The notes beneath the pieces were generated by a model. It searched no databases, was not told the DNA's origin, and saw only the letters and a program-made list of their open reading frames with translations. This document shows positions 49,844-61,910 of a DNA stretch of 64,000 nt, piece after piece. Made by a program: the position numbers and the translations under genes. Each line of letters begins with the position of its first letter. The stretch's first letter is position 1. This stretch comes from Mobula hypostoma (Eukaryota): the NCBI RefSeq assembly GCF_963921235.1, contig NC_086108.1, positions 36,520,001 through 36,584,000 on the forward strand, in the 5' to 3' direction.

Positions 49844-51508
49844 TTTAACCACACAATGGTATTTTCACAGGAAAAGGAAACATGGAACCCAACAAGTTAC
49901 AATCAGAGTAACTTGGATAATTGAGTACGTCAGTCTTTCAGGCTACCTCTTGAGAGCAAGTAAAATGCAGGCTGTAAACCGAGTGAATAACAACGAACGG
50001 CCGGCTGTGGGGAGTAACAATGGTTCCACATGGGAGTCAAAATAGCATGCGGTGCTGTGAAATGGACATTTGAATACTGAACAACGCTTGGGGGACATCC
50101 AGTGGGGAGTGATCATGTGCGAGAGGGGTATCCCATGTTTATATTCATCGTGCTGAGACACAAGACCAACGGATCATTCACACTTAAGTGTGGCAATGAA
50201 ACTTGTATGGTAATGCCACAGGGCTGCTCTGTTGGGGAATTGATCACTGTGGGACCCCCTGTTACCGTAAGAGCATCAACAGTGTAACGAGAACCAGAGG
50301 GACACTGGCGATAAGGGTTAGTAATGGCAGATATGGGCAAAAGGCTTACTCTAGTGTTCTTTACCCTGACTGCTTTGCAACTTCCCTAGTTTTTGTGGAG
50401 ACAGTACGAGTTGTCTTTTCCAACTTTTACACGCAGGTGCTCCCAATAAGGGGTCCACAGACCCTTGGCATAACAAGGGGCATATATCCCTTCTGTATAG
50501 GCAAGTGGCTCATAGTGAGTTAGACCAGAAAGGCAAGAAGGAAAAGGGGCTTCACTAAGTTATTAGGAGCAGGATATTCACTAGGGGCCTCCACATTCAA
50601 TACTTTTGATTTAGGTATTGCAGAAATACAGTAAATACACAAATTATTTTCCTCCATGGAACTCGAAGGGGATCAAAAAACAAAATTGTGGTGACTTGGA
50701 ACAAGCGAGCACAATCGGAAAGCAGGGGCAGAAACAATCCAGTTATTGCAGCCATTAAAGGATATAACTAACAACGATATTGATAGAGTGAACAATAACA
50801 CTTGACACTGTGGTAAAAATGCAGCCTGTACAACATATGATGCCTAGCTCCTGTCTGTAGTCAGAACAAACATTCTGTGTTAGAAGCCACAGAGTTGCGG
50901 ACTGGATATCAGAATAACAGCTGAAAGAATAGTTGGGTAGAGGTGCTCCCGTGTGACACGTTTGAGATCTCACTCTGACTAATCGAAATCTCACTCCCAT
51001 ATGCTGGGAGGCTATGAAAATGAGAGGAGTCCGCTATATGTGGCAGAAGTCCTTCACATTCCCCGACACGGTGACAAATCAGATGTACTCTCTTATGAGA
51101 CTGCATAATGTTGGAAAATGCCATGAGGGAACTTGGATATCTCGAAGCAATTGAGTTACACAAGTCAAAGAGTGGGGTGAACTTGATGCAGTGTCTCCAA
51201 AGGGTGGACCACTGGGCATGTCCAGAGGAGGCTATAGGATGCAACTTGATGGAATGGGTTTTGCTATGTATGATAACTGTTCCCTGTCCTTATCGCCAGT
51301 TAATAATGAAACGTTTTGAAGTATATTTTGCTGAACAACACCTACTGCATCACAACATCCGTGAGAGCATATTAAAAAAAGGTGATTGCAATGCAGTCTG
51401 ACTGGCTTTAATGTGACAATCTGTGATGTCTCAACTGAATTAATGATTGTGGGTCAGAATTTGCTTAAGACATGTGCAGTAGTAACACAGACAAAGGATT
51501 GCACAAGT

Positions 51509-51593
51509 CCTGATGAAGGGTTCCGGCCCGAAGCGTCGACCCATCGTTTCCACGGATGCTGCCTGACCTGCTGAGTTCCTCCAGCGCGTTGTG
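51509..51593 (+). mobile_element. 85-bp Penelope terminal (hammerhead) insertion with a 14-bp TSD
   Basis: aggattgcacaagt at 51495-51508 and 51594-51607; CTGATGA-ggg..ccc-GAAG-cGTC. Confidence 0.88.
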
Positions 51594-51614
51594 AGGATTG
51601 CACAAGTATGTAGC

Positions 51615-51846
51615 CACTGAACTATCACCCATTCCACACTTTATTACCTCACTTCTTAAAAAATATACAGTATTTCTGTTTTGCACGTTTCAATAGATGT
51701 AATAGATTTACTTGTTTATTTATTATTATTTTATTTTATTTATTTTTTTCTCTCTCTGCTAGATTATGTATTGCATTGAACTGCTGCTGGTGCGAAGTTA
51801 ACAAATTTCACATCACACGCCGATGATAATAAACCTGATTCTGACT
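51615..51846 (+). mobile_element. Rex1/Babar-type 3' tail inserted in env
   Basis: Ends acaaatttcacatcac..gataataaacctgattctga, like the tails at about 7830 and 2952. Confidence 0.7.
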
Positions 51847-52308
51847 GGGAAAAAAAATTCTAGGAGTTAAAGAAGTCATTAAAAATGGGATACACTGTCA
51901 AAAATGACAATGGGATCATAAGAATGGAGCTAAGGTGGCTCTAAAAAACTCCTTTTAGGACAGTATTTGGAATTGGGGTTTGAATGTACAAATCCACCCC
52001 TGGATTTGACTTATCTCTCAGCTGATCGTTTTAACGACTGGCATTATTTTAGTGTGCGTACTACAACAGCAGGTAAAGTATTGGCGTTAGGACAATTGTC
52101 ATTTAGAAGGTCAAACAAAGGTACTGTTGAGGATCTAATCTATAGGCCCTATTGGTCTGTGGTAAGGGAAAAAATAAATAGAGGTAGTAACTAGTACGTC
52201 AGTACAGTTGTGGATTGTGCTACTGTGATAACAAGGAACCGCAGACAAATGCTGGAAGTAGAGACGTGACATCCAAGGTTCAGGAGTTTTGTTAATTATT
52301 TTATAGTG

Positions 52309-52426
52309 TGCACCCATTGTTGTAATAGAAAACTGGATTTTCTGTTAGACTTGTGGACAATCACTTTACTCTGTAATCAGGACCTAATCCATTACTTAAT
52401 TAAGTCCTGTAGCCTCCATTCTGTAT
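52309..52426 (+). repeat. Putative ERV 3' LTR remnant
   Basis: Diverged direct repeat of 38483-38610, downstream of env. Confidence 0.65.
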
Positions 52427-52534
52427 TCAAAATGTAATTTTATTGGTAATCCGTATATTCTTATATTTCAAAGACCAAATCCATGTGATCTTTCAATTTG
52501 CTCAGACTACTATTTCAAGATGTAATTTTTTTCA

Positions 52535-53487
52535 TTTCAGAATAATTTCATCAGTGATGAAATTGGCATATAAGACGGAGATTGAAAGTTTGGCTGAGTG
52601 GTGGCACACCAGCAACTTCCTAATCAAGGTCAGCAAGACCAAAGAACTAATTATTGACTTCAGGAGGAAAAAGAACAGAAGTTCATGAACCAGTCCTCAT
52701 CAGTGGATCGGAGGTGGAGCGAGTTGGTAACTTTAAATTCCTTGGCGTTACCATATCAGAGGATCTGTCCTGGGACCATCCTGAGTGCCATCACAAAGAA
52801 GGCACGACAACACCTCTACTTTCTTCGAAGTTTCACAGATTCAGCACGTCATCTAAAACTTTGACTAACTTCTATAGATGCACAATGGAGAGTTCCCTGA
52901 CTGGTTGCATCATGGGCTGATGTGGAAACACCAAGCCCAGAAACAGAAAAGACTTAAACTTAATGGTGGACACTGCCCAGTCTATCAGGCAAAGCCATCC
53001 AAACGATTGAACACATCTACAGTGAGTGCTGCCGTAAAAAAGCAACGCCCATCATCAAGGAATCCCACCATCTCGGCCATGCTCTCTTCTCACTACTGCC
53101 ATCGGAAAGGAGGCACAGGAGTCTCAGCTTACTCACCACCAGATTCAGGAACAGTTATTTCCCTTCAATTAGCAGGTTCCTGAACTTCACTCACCTCAAC
53201 TCTGAACTGATTCCACAATATTCCACAATGCAACATTTTCACTTTCAAGAACTCTGCCACTCATGTTCTCAGTATTATTTATTAGTTATTTACTTTTTTA
53301 TTTGTAGCTTGTCTTCTTTTGCACATCAATTGTTCATCAGTTTTTGTGTGTAGTTTTCCATTGATTTTATTCTATTTCTCTGCTCTACTGTGAAGGTCTG
53401 CAAGAAAATTAATCTCAAGGTAGTACTGTAAACGGCGACATATGCCTACATTGATAATAAATTTACTTTGAACTTGGAACTTTGAAT
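52535..53487 (+). mobile_element. Rex1/Babar-type LINE 3' end
   Basis: VSKTKELIIDFRR, VERVGNFKFLGVTISEDLSW, NFYRCT.ES.LTGCI; aataaa followed by (ACTTTGA)n. Confidence 0.88.
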
Positions 53488-53519
53488 TAATCCTGGCCAA
53501 ATATCTCTGGGCTTTTACT

Positions 53520-54797
53520 CAAGTATATAAAACATCGATGAGGCCTAATTTAGAATATTCTGTGCCGTTTTGCTCAGATACTTACAGGAAATATGTAAAC
53601 AGGTTTGAAAGAGTAGAGAGAAAATTTACAAGGATGGTGCTGGGTCTGGAGGATCTGAGTTATTAAGGAAAGATTGAATAGGTTAGGACTTTATTCCTTA
53701 GAATGTAGGAGGTTGAGAGGAAATTTGACAGAGGGATACAAAATTACAAGGGGTATAAATAGGGTAAATGCAAGCAGGGTTTTTCCACTGAGGTTTGGTG
53801 GGACAACAACCAGAGACCATGTGTTAAGGGGAACATGAAGAGAAACATCCTCACTCAGGGGGGTCATGAGAGTGTGGAATGAGCTGCCAGCACAAGTGGT
53901 GTGTGTGAGCTCGATTAGATTAGATTAGATTAGATTAGATTATGAGGACACTCAGTCCTCATTTATTGTCATTTAGAAATGCATGCATTAAAAAAATGAT
54001 GCAACGTTCCTCCAGAATGATATCACAAGAAAACACAGGACAAAACCAAGACGAAAATTGACAAAACCACATAACTATAACATATAGTTTACAACAATGC
54101 AAAGCTATACCATAATTTGATAAAGAGCAGATCATGGGCATGATAAAAAAAAGTCTCAAAGTCCTGATAGACTCATCATCTCACGCAGGCGGCAGAAGGG
54201 AGAAATTCTCCCTGCCATAAACCTCCAAGCGCCGCCAATTTGCCGATGCAGCACCATTGGAAGCACCCGGCCGCAGCGGACTCTGAGTCCGTCCGAAAAC
54301 TTCAAGCCTCTGACCAGTCCTCCGACACAGCCTCTCTGAGCTCCATCCTCTGCCGAGCACTTCGACCCCGCCCCGGCCACCGAGCAGCAGGCAAAGCCAA
54401 GGACTCAGGGCCTTCTCCTCCGGAGATTCTGGACCACACAGTAGCAGCAGCAGTGAAGCAGGCATTTCAGAAGTTTCACCAGATGTTCCTCCGTGCTCTC
54501 ACGACGGTCTCCATCAAATCAGGATTGTGCACGGCGCCCTACTTGACAAATAACAGACATCACTACCGCAGTGGCCGCTGCGAGCTGCGTCGCGCCACCA
54601 TCTTCTCCTCCCGCCTTGTTCCAACATTTGATTTCAACATTTAAGAGAAGCTTGGATAGGTACATGGATGGTAGGGGTATGGAGGGCTATGGTCCCGGTG
54701 TGGGTCAATGGGAGTAGGCAGTTTAAATGATTTAGCACAGACTAGATGGGCCGAAGGGCCTGTTTCTGTGCTGTACTTTTCCATGATTGTGATTCTA
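53520..54797 (+). mobile_element. CR1 3' fragment split by an insertion (about 53520-53913 and 54630-54797)
   Basis: RPNLEYSVPF..ERVERKFTRM..RVWNELPAQVV | FKRSLDRYMDG plus CR1 3' UTR. Confidence 0.8.
53914..54620 (-). mobile_element. Non-coding retroposon with a (TCTAA)n tail
   Basis: (ATTAG)n at 53914-53942 with minus-strand AATAAA just inside; GC-rich 5' part; interrupts the CR1. Confidence 0.65.
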
Positions 54798-55439
54798 AGT
54801 GACGGCCTAAATCTGCCTGTGGGCTCTATTATTGCAGTTTTAACCTGAGAATGAGTGTTAGTTCCATTTCCAAACACCTGTAAATTACTTTCAGGTTTCA
54901 GAAGATGTGAAGGTTATTAAACCAAGGAAGAAAAAACAAAAAAAGAAATTTTGATAAATGCACCAAAGGTCTGTTGTGCTGGTATCCATGGAGTAATTTT
55001 GTTCCAATATCAAGTAGCTGATTATCATCCTGTGACAACACCATTCTCTATCTATAAAATTTGCCTGACCAGCTGAGTTATTTCAGCCCTTATCATTTTT
55101 ATTACAATTAACTTTTGCATGCCAAAAAGTGAGGTACTGTTATTTACATTATTTTGCTTATACAAAGCAGATCATTCCCTGTTGAATGGAAATACAAGAC
55201 CAAGTTGTTGTTTACACCTGAGCAATCATTAACATAACAAAATCACCTCCATTACCTGAACTCTAGTGGGCATATGCATTCATCATTATGCTCTGATGCT
55301 TTGCAGTCCAGGCTTTGATATGGCAAGAGTGGCTCGGCTATTCACGCTGAGCTCGTGCATCTGGTACCATTTAATAGTTGTTGTTGCCATTGCTCTCTGT
55401 TGCTTTGTTGCCAAGCAGGGGATCTGACAAGAGGCATGA

Positions 55440-55675
55440 AAACAAACTGCAGGAGGAACTCAGCAGGTCAGGTAGCATCTGCGGAGGCAAATGGATGGTG
55501 AATGTTTGAGATCGTGACCCTGCATCACGAGCAGTCCTGACGCAGGGTCACTATCCAAAATGTGGACTATCCAGTTGCCTCCACAGCTGGAACTCAGGAA
55601 CTCGGGAACTCAGCCTGACCTGCTGAGTCCCTCCAACAGTTTGTTTTATTTTGCCTCTGGTTCCAGCATCTCCAG
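55440..55675. mobile_element. Old inverted pair of Penelope termini with degenerate hammerheads
   Basis: ggaggaactcagcaggtcagg.agcatc versus cctgacctgctgagtccctcc; ctgacgcagggtca..aaaatgtggac. Confidence 0.7.
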
Positions 55676-56289
55676 AATTTAGAGGAAGCTGGAACCACTG
55701 CACGCGGCAAGAGTGTGAACCAACTTAAGCAATGATTTTAAATAAGGCTCAGTACTACTGCAGTCCCTATAAAGTAAAAGAATAATCAGAATCAGGCTTA
55801 ATATCACTGGCGTATGTCATGAAAATAGTTAACTTAACAGCAGTACAATTAAATATGGTGAGAGGACATAAAGAAAATGTTTCAGGTTTAATAAATTTGC
55901 TTAAAATTTCTGCTTTTACTTTTATCGTATGATGTCTCCATTGTACATAACGGTAGCATAAGAAGTAATAAAGTGATTATCAATGCCCATCAAAGGGTTT
56001 CTTGGATTCATTTTGTGTTTCTTTTTCTGCTTGTCAATTTGTTAGAAGTAGCATTATGGTCATATGGATAGATGAATGTCCTTCCTTCCCAGCTGACGAC
56101 TAAGTCCATTCACTTTTTCTTTCCTACAGAAAGATGGATGAGCAGGGATGTGTAGTGTTTGGCATTCTGGAGGAGCAGTGAGGGAAGTAAATTGTGATTT
56201 TTTACTTGTTACTTGAAGGTTAGATGTCTTCCAGATTGTGTCCTGTTTACTTTGGGAAATGTATTAACCATTTCTCACTCATGCTTGGC

Positions 56290-56712
56290 AATTGACTGGT
56301 TTGTTTTCTAGATGAACTTGTTACTTCATGATGAAAACTTCAGTGGATTTGACCTGTACTCATTAATTGAGGACATCTGAGGTGATATTTTACAAGCATA
56401 TTTAATTCTATTAGGCTGGATGATTAGAGGATATTTCCCAAGAAGTTTCTCAAAAACCTGGGGACATAGCTTCAGAATAAAGATTTGCCAATTTGAAATG
56501 GAGTTGAGCAGGGATTTATTCTCTGAGGAGGTCCTATATCTTCGGAAATAATTGCCCCTGAGAGCTGTGGAGGCTGAATCCTGTAAGGATTTAAGGTCAA
56601 AACAGAGAGGTGAATGAGGGATTGCGGGGAACAGGCAAAACAGAATTAAGGCCAAGATCAGATGTCAGGACTTACTGAATGGTAAATAGCATATTCCTGC
56701 TCTTATTTCTTA
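56290..56712 (+). mobile_element. Old CR1 3' remnant
   Basis: GHSFRIK..EMELSRDLFS..RK.LPLRAVEAES and 3' UTR remnant. Confidence 0.65.
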
Positions 56713-57814
56713 TTTTTTTCTTTTCCTAATTGTTAATAGTAGGATGGATTTCAGTCAGATATGCTGTATGCATTGACCCTGCTGGTATTTAAAGAGTGTT
56801 GAAAAAAGGCCATGCCAAATGCTAGACTACTACAAAGCTTCAGCGATGAATCTGTTAAGGTTTGCTCATTAGAGACATCCACTGACCTTGACTGAGTATC
56901 TTTTACCAATGCAGATACTGCGTTCATAATCTTCTCATGCTGGGACAAGCATTGACTGATGACTGTCTTGGACACCTGGCCCAATAATTACTTTTGCTCG
57001 ATGATACCAAGTTTACTTCATATTCACTGCTGTGTTGGTTCAATCTCAACGGTGCTCTGCAGATTTAGTTTCTTGTGTTAGGGGTAGGGTGTTCACTGAA
57101 TTCCATTGTCCTGTGTAAGAATCAATTTCACTGATTCCATGAGGGAAAAAGGTAGTAGCTTAGTCTGAAAAATGGGGCTGGAACATTTCATTATGGGGTT
57201 TTGATGACTATTGAAGTTGGCAGTCATGTCAAGAAGGACAGACATTTATTGACAATTTCACTCTCCTGCTTGTTTTTCTACCTTTTGCTGTTTGTTTTCC
57301 TCTGTGTAAATCAGATTTGATTTCCAGTCCAAAGAGAAACATTTTCTTTCACTAACAGAGTCAGTAATTCTTACAGAGCGAAAATGACTGAGCAATGGCA
57401 TGGTCAATCTTCCTTGACAGGAGTTATTGATTTGGCCCTCTTTGCACAAAGATAGTGTAAAACGTATCAGCTAAGTGCCCACTTCTGCCTGGATTACTTT
57501 CAATGTTCTACAATGTTTGTCTTTAAGATAGGCTGTTTAAGTACTCTGGCAACATCAGCTCGCAAGGGCCAGGTTTTCCTCTGAAGCTACTTCCACTCTA
57601 CCGCAACGATTTTGTAAGTTTTCTGTGGAAACACCCCTTTTTGTGACTGGCACTGAATTTGCATCACGGTTATAGTATGGGAACGGTAAATCCTTTGCAC
57701 CTGCATTTTGTGTTGAGGGAATGCCACTACCGAAGTGGGCTAAAGGACCTGTGCACTACTTTCTCTGGCTACGATTGTGCTCTCGAACAGTCTTGAGCAC
57801 ACACTAACACAGAG

Positions 57815-57990
57815 AAGAGATGATGGAGCTTAGCAGGTCAGTCAGCATCTATGGAGAGAAATAGACAGTGATATTTCAGGTTGAGACCCTTTATCTGGAC
57901 TTCCAATATACGTCCGTGTCTCTCCCTGGACACTGAGTTGAGTTCCTCCAGCTCCTTTTTGGTTTCCAGCATCTGCAGACTCTTGTGTCT
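57815..57990. mobile_element. Penelope terminal remnant
   Basis: cagcaggtcagtcagcatctatgg..tttcaggttgagaccctt.atctggac (minus-strand hammerhead remnant); ccagcatctgcag. Confidence 0.65.
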
Positions 57991-59851
57991 TCCTTGAACA
58001 TTGACTCTTGCCTTTGGGTACTGGCAATAAACATTTGCAATGGTGTTGTGGGCTTGCTGCATTTACTCAGATGGCTGATTGGACTGTATCGTGCTTATGC
58101 CTGATGATTGATTTTATACCACTTTCTCACTGACTAGCTGACTTGTCACAGTGCCCCAACAGACGTCTGAGACCATCAAGGTTATTTTATTCATTTGGGA
58201 TATGGACTTTGCAGGCTGAGTTGACATTTAATCGTCCATCCTTAACAGCCCTTGTAAAGATGGTGGGGAGCTGCCTTTGTGAACCAGTAAGGTCTTTGAC
58301 TTGTCGATGTAAGTTACACAACTTGCTGCTTAACACAATCCTCTTAGGGAGGAAGTTCCTGCATTTTGACTGAGTGACAATCCCATGATGTACAGTATGT
58401 ATCTACATCTGTATGATATCACCATCTTCACCGGTTTCTTGTCAGGATATCAGTGTGTTGCTTTCAGTTACAAGCATGTAGGTTGAAGGAAGGCAGAACC
58501 TCTCTGGCTTGCAGCAGTGATGTGAGGCTGTAGTGTAGCCCTCAGACAGGGGGCATGTTCCTGACAGATAGATACTGCCCATTGGGGTATGGGTTCACTG
58601 ACTATCACCCCAGGCAAGCATTATAACGGGCACTCGGAGATGAAGTGACCAGCCACTACTTCCGGGCCCTTGATGCTTGGCTCTGCTCATTCACATCCTG
58701 GGTAATCTCCCATGAGATTTTTGCTTTTAGCTGCATCTCTTCTTCTTTGCACACCCAGGAATAAGTACAGTGCTTGTTCTACGATTATGGCAAGCTATTG
58801 GCCACATTGCTGTTACAGTTCCTGAAGCCATCATGCACTCCCTCTTTAAGAGGTGCACACTAGCTTTAAACAATATGGACTAGATTCAGCTAACCTAGCT
58901 GCTTACAAACCTGGGCCTCTCTTCCCAATTCAGGCATTAACTTAGCAGAATGTTAATGTTCGTTAGACCCTGTAACTATGCTAATGGTAGGAGGGAATAT
59001 CGCGTGCTTGGGGATGGATGTGTACAGATTTATCATACTTAGTGATCCTTGTGCATCTTTACCCATTGCTAACCAATTTATCCCTTGCAGAGTCTAAAGT
59101 GGGAAAGTTAATTTCTATTGGCTACATGTTTTAAACCACATTTAAAGGGAATGAAAGTTGCAATTAAGAAAAAAAGGGGAGGGGAGGAATTAAAATATAT
59201 CAGTTTGGATCTCCATCTCAGATTAAAATTTTTCAGGAATACTTTCAGGATCAGAGAGATTGTTTAGAAGTAATTATCTTAACACATTGTTAAAATTGAA
59301 TTTACTTCTGAATGCAGACATGCAGATCCAGATTTTCAGCATCTGAGCCTGAAACATTGACTGTTGATGCTTTCTGGTCCACTGAGTTGCTCCAGTATCT
59401 TGTGTGTGTTAGTTCTGAATGCATCAGCCCTACTTTTCCTGTGAAGTTTATTGTGTCGCTGTAGTAAGTGTAGAAACATAATGCACTTGCATTGATTTTA
59501 ATGTAAAGTCTCTTGGCAGGGGTTATTACAGTGCACAATGAGCAGCAACTGTTCCAGATCTACAGAACTGAAAGCAAAAAATAGATACCTATGCAGTAAA
59601 GTTGAAATAAAGTCAGGAAATGCTGAAAGCTATCAGTAGGTCATGCAACTTGTGTAGCAAGAGAAACAGATTTAATGTCAGGTCATCAACCAATAAGGTT
59701 GACTCTGTTTCTCACTGCATAGATGCTGCCTGCTTGTTGAGTGTTTCCATCTTTCAAGTTTACAACTTTGACAGTGTGGGGACTAATGAAATTTATGTCA
59801 GATTTGATGACCTGTTTAGTATCAACTCAAAATCTCTGCATTTGTTCTATA

Positions 59852-60166
59852 TATATATATAGGCATCCATTAGTCTCATGAGACCATGGATTTGCGCCTT
59901 GGAAGGTTTCCAGGGCACAGGCCTGGGCAAGGTTGTATGGAAGACCAGCAGTTGCCCATGCTGCAAGTCTCCCCTCTCCACACGACCGATGTTGTCCAAG
60001 GGAAGGACGTTAGGACCCATACAACTTGGGACTGGTGTCGTCACAGAGCAATGTGTGGTTAAGTGCCTTGCTCAAGGACACACACGCTGCCTCAGCCAAA
60101 GCTCGAACTAGCGACCTTCAGATCAACTAGACGAACGCCTTAACCACTTGGCCACATGCCAACAAA
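59852..60166 (-). mobile_element. tRNA-derived SINE with CORE-like centre and (TA)n tail
   Basis: Minus strand A box TGGCCAAGTGG, B box GTTCGAGC, gtgtccttgagcaaggcacttaacc; possible TTCTATA TSD (59845-59851, 60167-60173). Confidence 0.82.
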
Positions 60167-61199
60167 TTCTATAAACTCTTATAAATCCCCTGAAAACCTG
60201 TATCAGGTCTTCTCTCAGACTTCTACTGGAGAATGGAGTATCAGTGCCTTCAGCTTTTTCTTAGAGTTGCTGCATATTTCTTAGCATTTACAGTATCAAA
60301 TTCCGATTTTCAGCTTTCATGGTTTTCACTTGATCCCTGCTGCAGGGATTAGAATAATCCGTTTGAATTCCTGCTGAGCTATAGATACATCCTGGACTCA
60401 TACTCCTCTGAGTTGTTCTTCCTTCAGGATACATATCCAACTCTTCAGTGCACAACTTGAAGGAGATAGAATGGTTTCTACGAGACCCAAAGAAAAAACA
60501 AATTTTATGCTCAACATGTTAAAAAGGAAGTAAGGTCATAGATGTCCGTGCACATTTGCATAAATATGAAATTCTGACATTTAATAGTTTGAGTTTCTTT
60601 GTTTTGACAGCTGTACCTTGAGGGACAGGCCCATAGCTGAAGTGAGAAGTGTCTGGCTGAGCAGCTGGCAGTAGACTCGGAAGTAATGGGCTGCTAACCA
60701 GTCACTCATTGGAGTAGTGGGGGTGGAGGGGAGAAATCTCCCATTTTTCTATGCTGTTCCATGCTTTAGTTCCAAACCCAAGAGCAATACCATAAGAAAG
60801 GATGTGAACTCATGGCTCACAAAGCATTTAAACACTGTTCTAGCTATCACTGAGTTTATACATATATTTGTAATAAATTGACTGTTATGTTCATCAGTTT
60901 CTTTAAGATTGGTGGGGAAGCCATTGCCTAGAAAAGCTGTGTATGTGATTAACTATTGCCTCATTGTGTGCACAATTCTGCAGTTCTGTTGAAAGTCTAC
61001 TGTGACAATAGATATTTCTCCTTGACGCCCCCAGTCTAAATGAGTTACAAAACAATCTACACTTTAAATATGAGAAGAACCTAAAATACTATAAGAATGG
61101 TCAAGAGATTGATTGAATATCAGAAAAGGACCACATCATTAATATGTCAAGCCTGTTGTGCCATTCAGTCAAATTAATCATATCAGCTTTATCAAAAGA

Positions 61200-61910
61200 T
61201 TCATTTGGCTGACCAATCTCAGCCTTGATAAAACATCCACATATTTGTGTGGAATAAAGTTTCCATTGCCCTTTGTGTGAAAATTACGTGGACAACGTCA
61301 GACTCACAGGATTGAAGATTTAAATTTTCAGAACATAAGGTTGAATTAAACAGCTGCAGTAACATTGTCCTTTGAGAGAGAATCAAGATTGAAGTTATCA
61401 AGGATACTGTATACCTGAAGAGACTGTTCTTCTCACACTGCTCTCGTAGACAGCTCCCAACCAGCAGAAGTTGGAGCATCCACCATGTGTGGACTGCCCT
61501 GAAGTTCACCATTATTAGCACCTTTGAAGAGACTCTTTGCTTCTCCCAGCAGAAAGCACCAGGACTATTTTAATGACAATGACCAGAAGTTCCGGAAGGT
61601 AGTTAATCACGAATCAATGAAGTTCTTGAATTGGAAGCTCTGCATGGCTGAAGGGAAAATATACAGCTCTACAAGTAACAGATGATAGAGGTACAACTGA
61701 ACCCTCATGACGTAAAGAATAATCATAGGTGAAAGGAAGGCAGGGGATTCTACAACTCCTTGAAAATCATAGCACGCACCAATTCTTCTAGCACTATCAA
61801 GGCAGTCAACAACCCAAACACACAAGGGCCCATGCTCCTGAGAAGCCAGGTAAACAGGACACTTCATAAAAGGACAATGAATGTCCATATTTGTTGGAAC
61901 AGATGGTATG
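61200..61910 (+). mobile_element. Ancient RTE-clade LINE remnant
   Basis: RKHQDYFNDNDQK (cf. DWFDEND), ggattctac..aatc..caagggccc..ctgag..cataaaaggac segments. Confidence 0.55.

Larger units (their letters stand above)
49850..52090 (+). pseudogene. ERV envelope (decayed)
   Basis: Furin site RRKR (50536-50547) then GFTKLLGAGYSLGASTFNTFDL; Cys-rich remnants; membrane-proximal WNWG..HPWI and hydrophobic anchor LISQLIVLTTGIILVCVL near 52010-52063. Confidence 0.75.
38483..52426 (+). mobile_element. Decayed endogenous retrovirus (gag-pro-RT-tether-RNase H-IN-env) with nested insertions
   Basis: Collinear retroviral motifs on the + strand, bracketed by a diverged direct repeat at 38483-38610 and 52309-52426. 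Confidence 0.88.

Noticed and set aside
60090..60160. tRNA gene
   Set aside because: The A/B boxes belong to a SINE head followed by a CORE-like body and tail; no complete cloverleaf.
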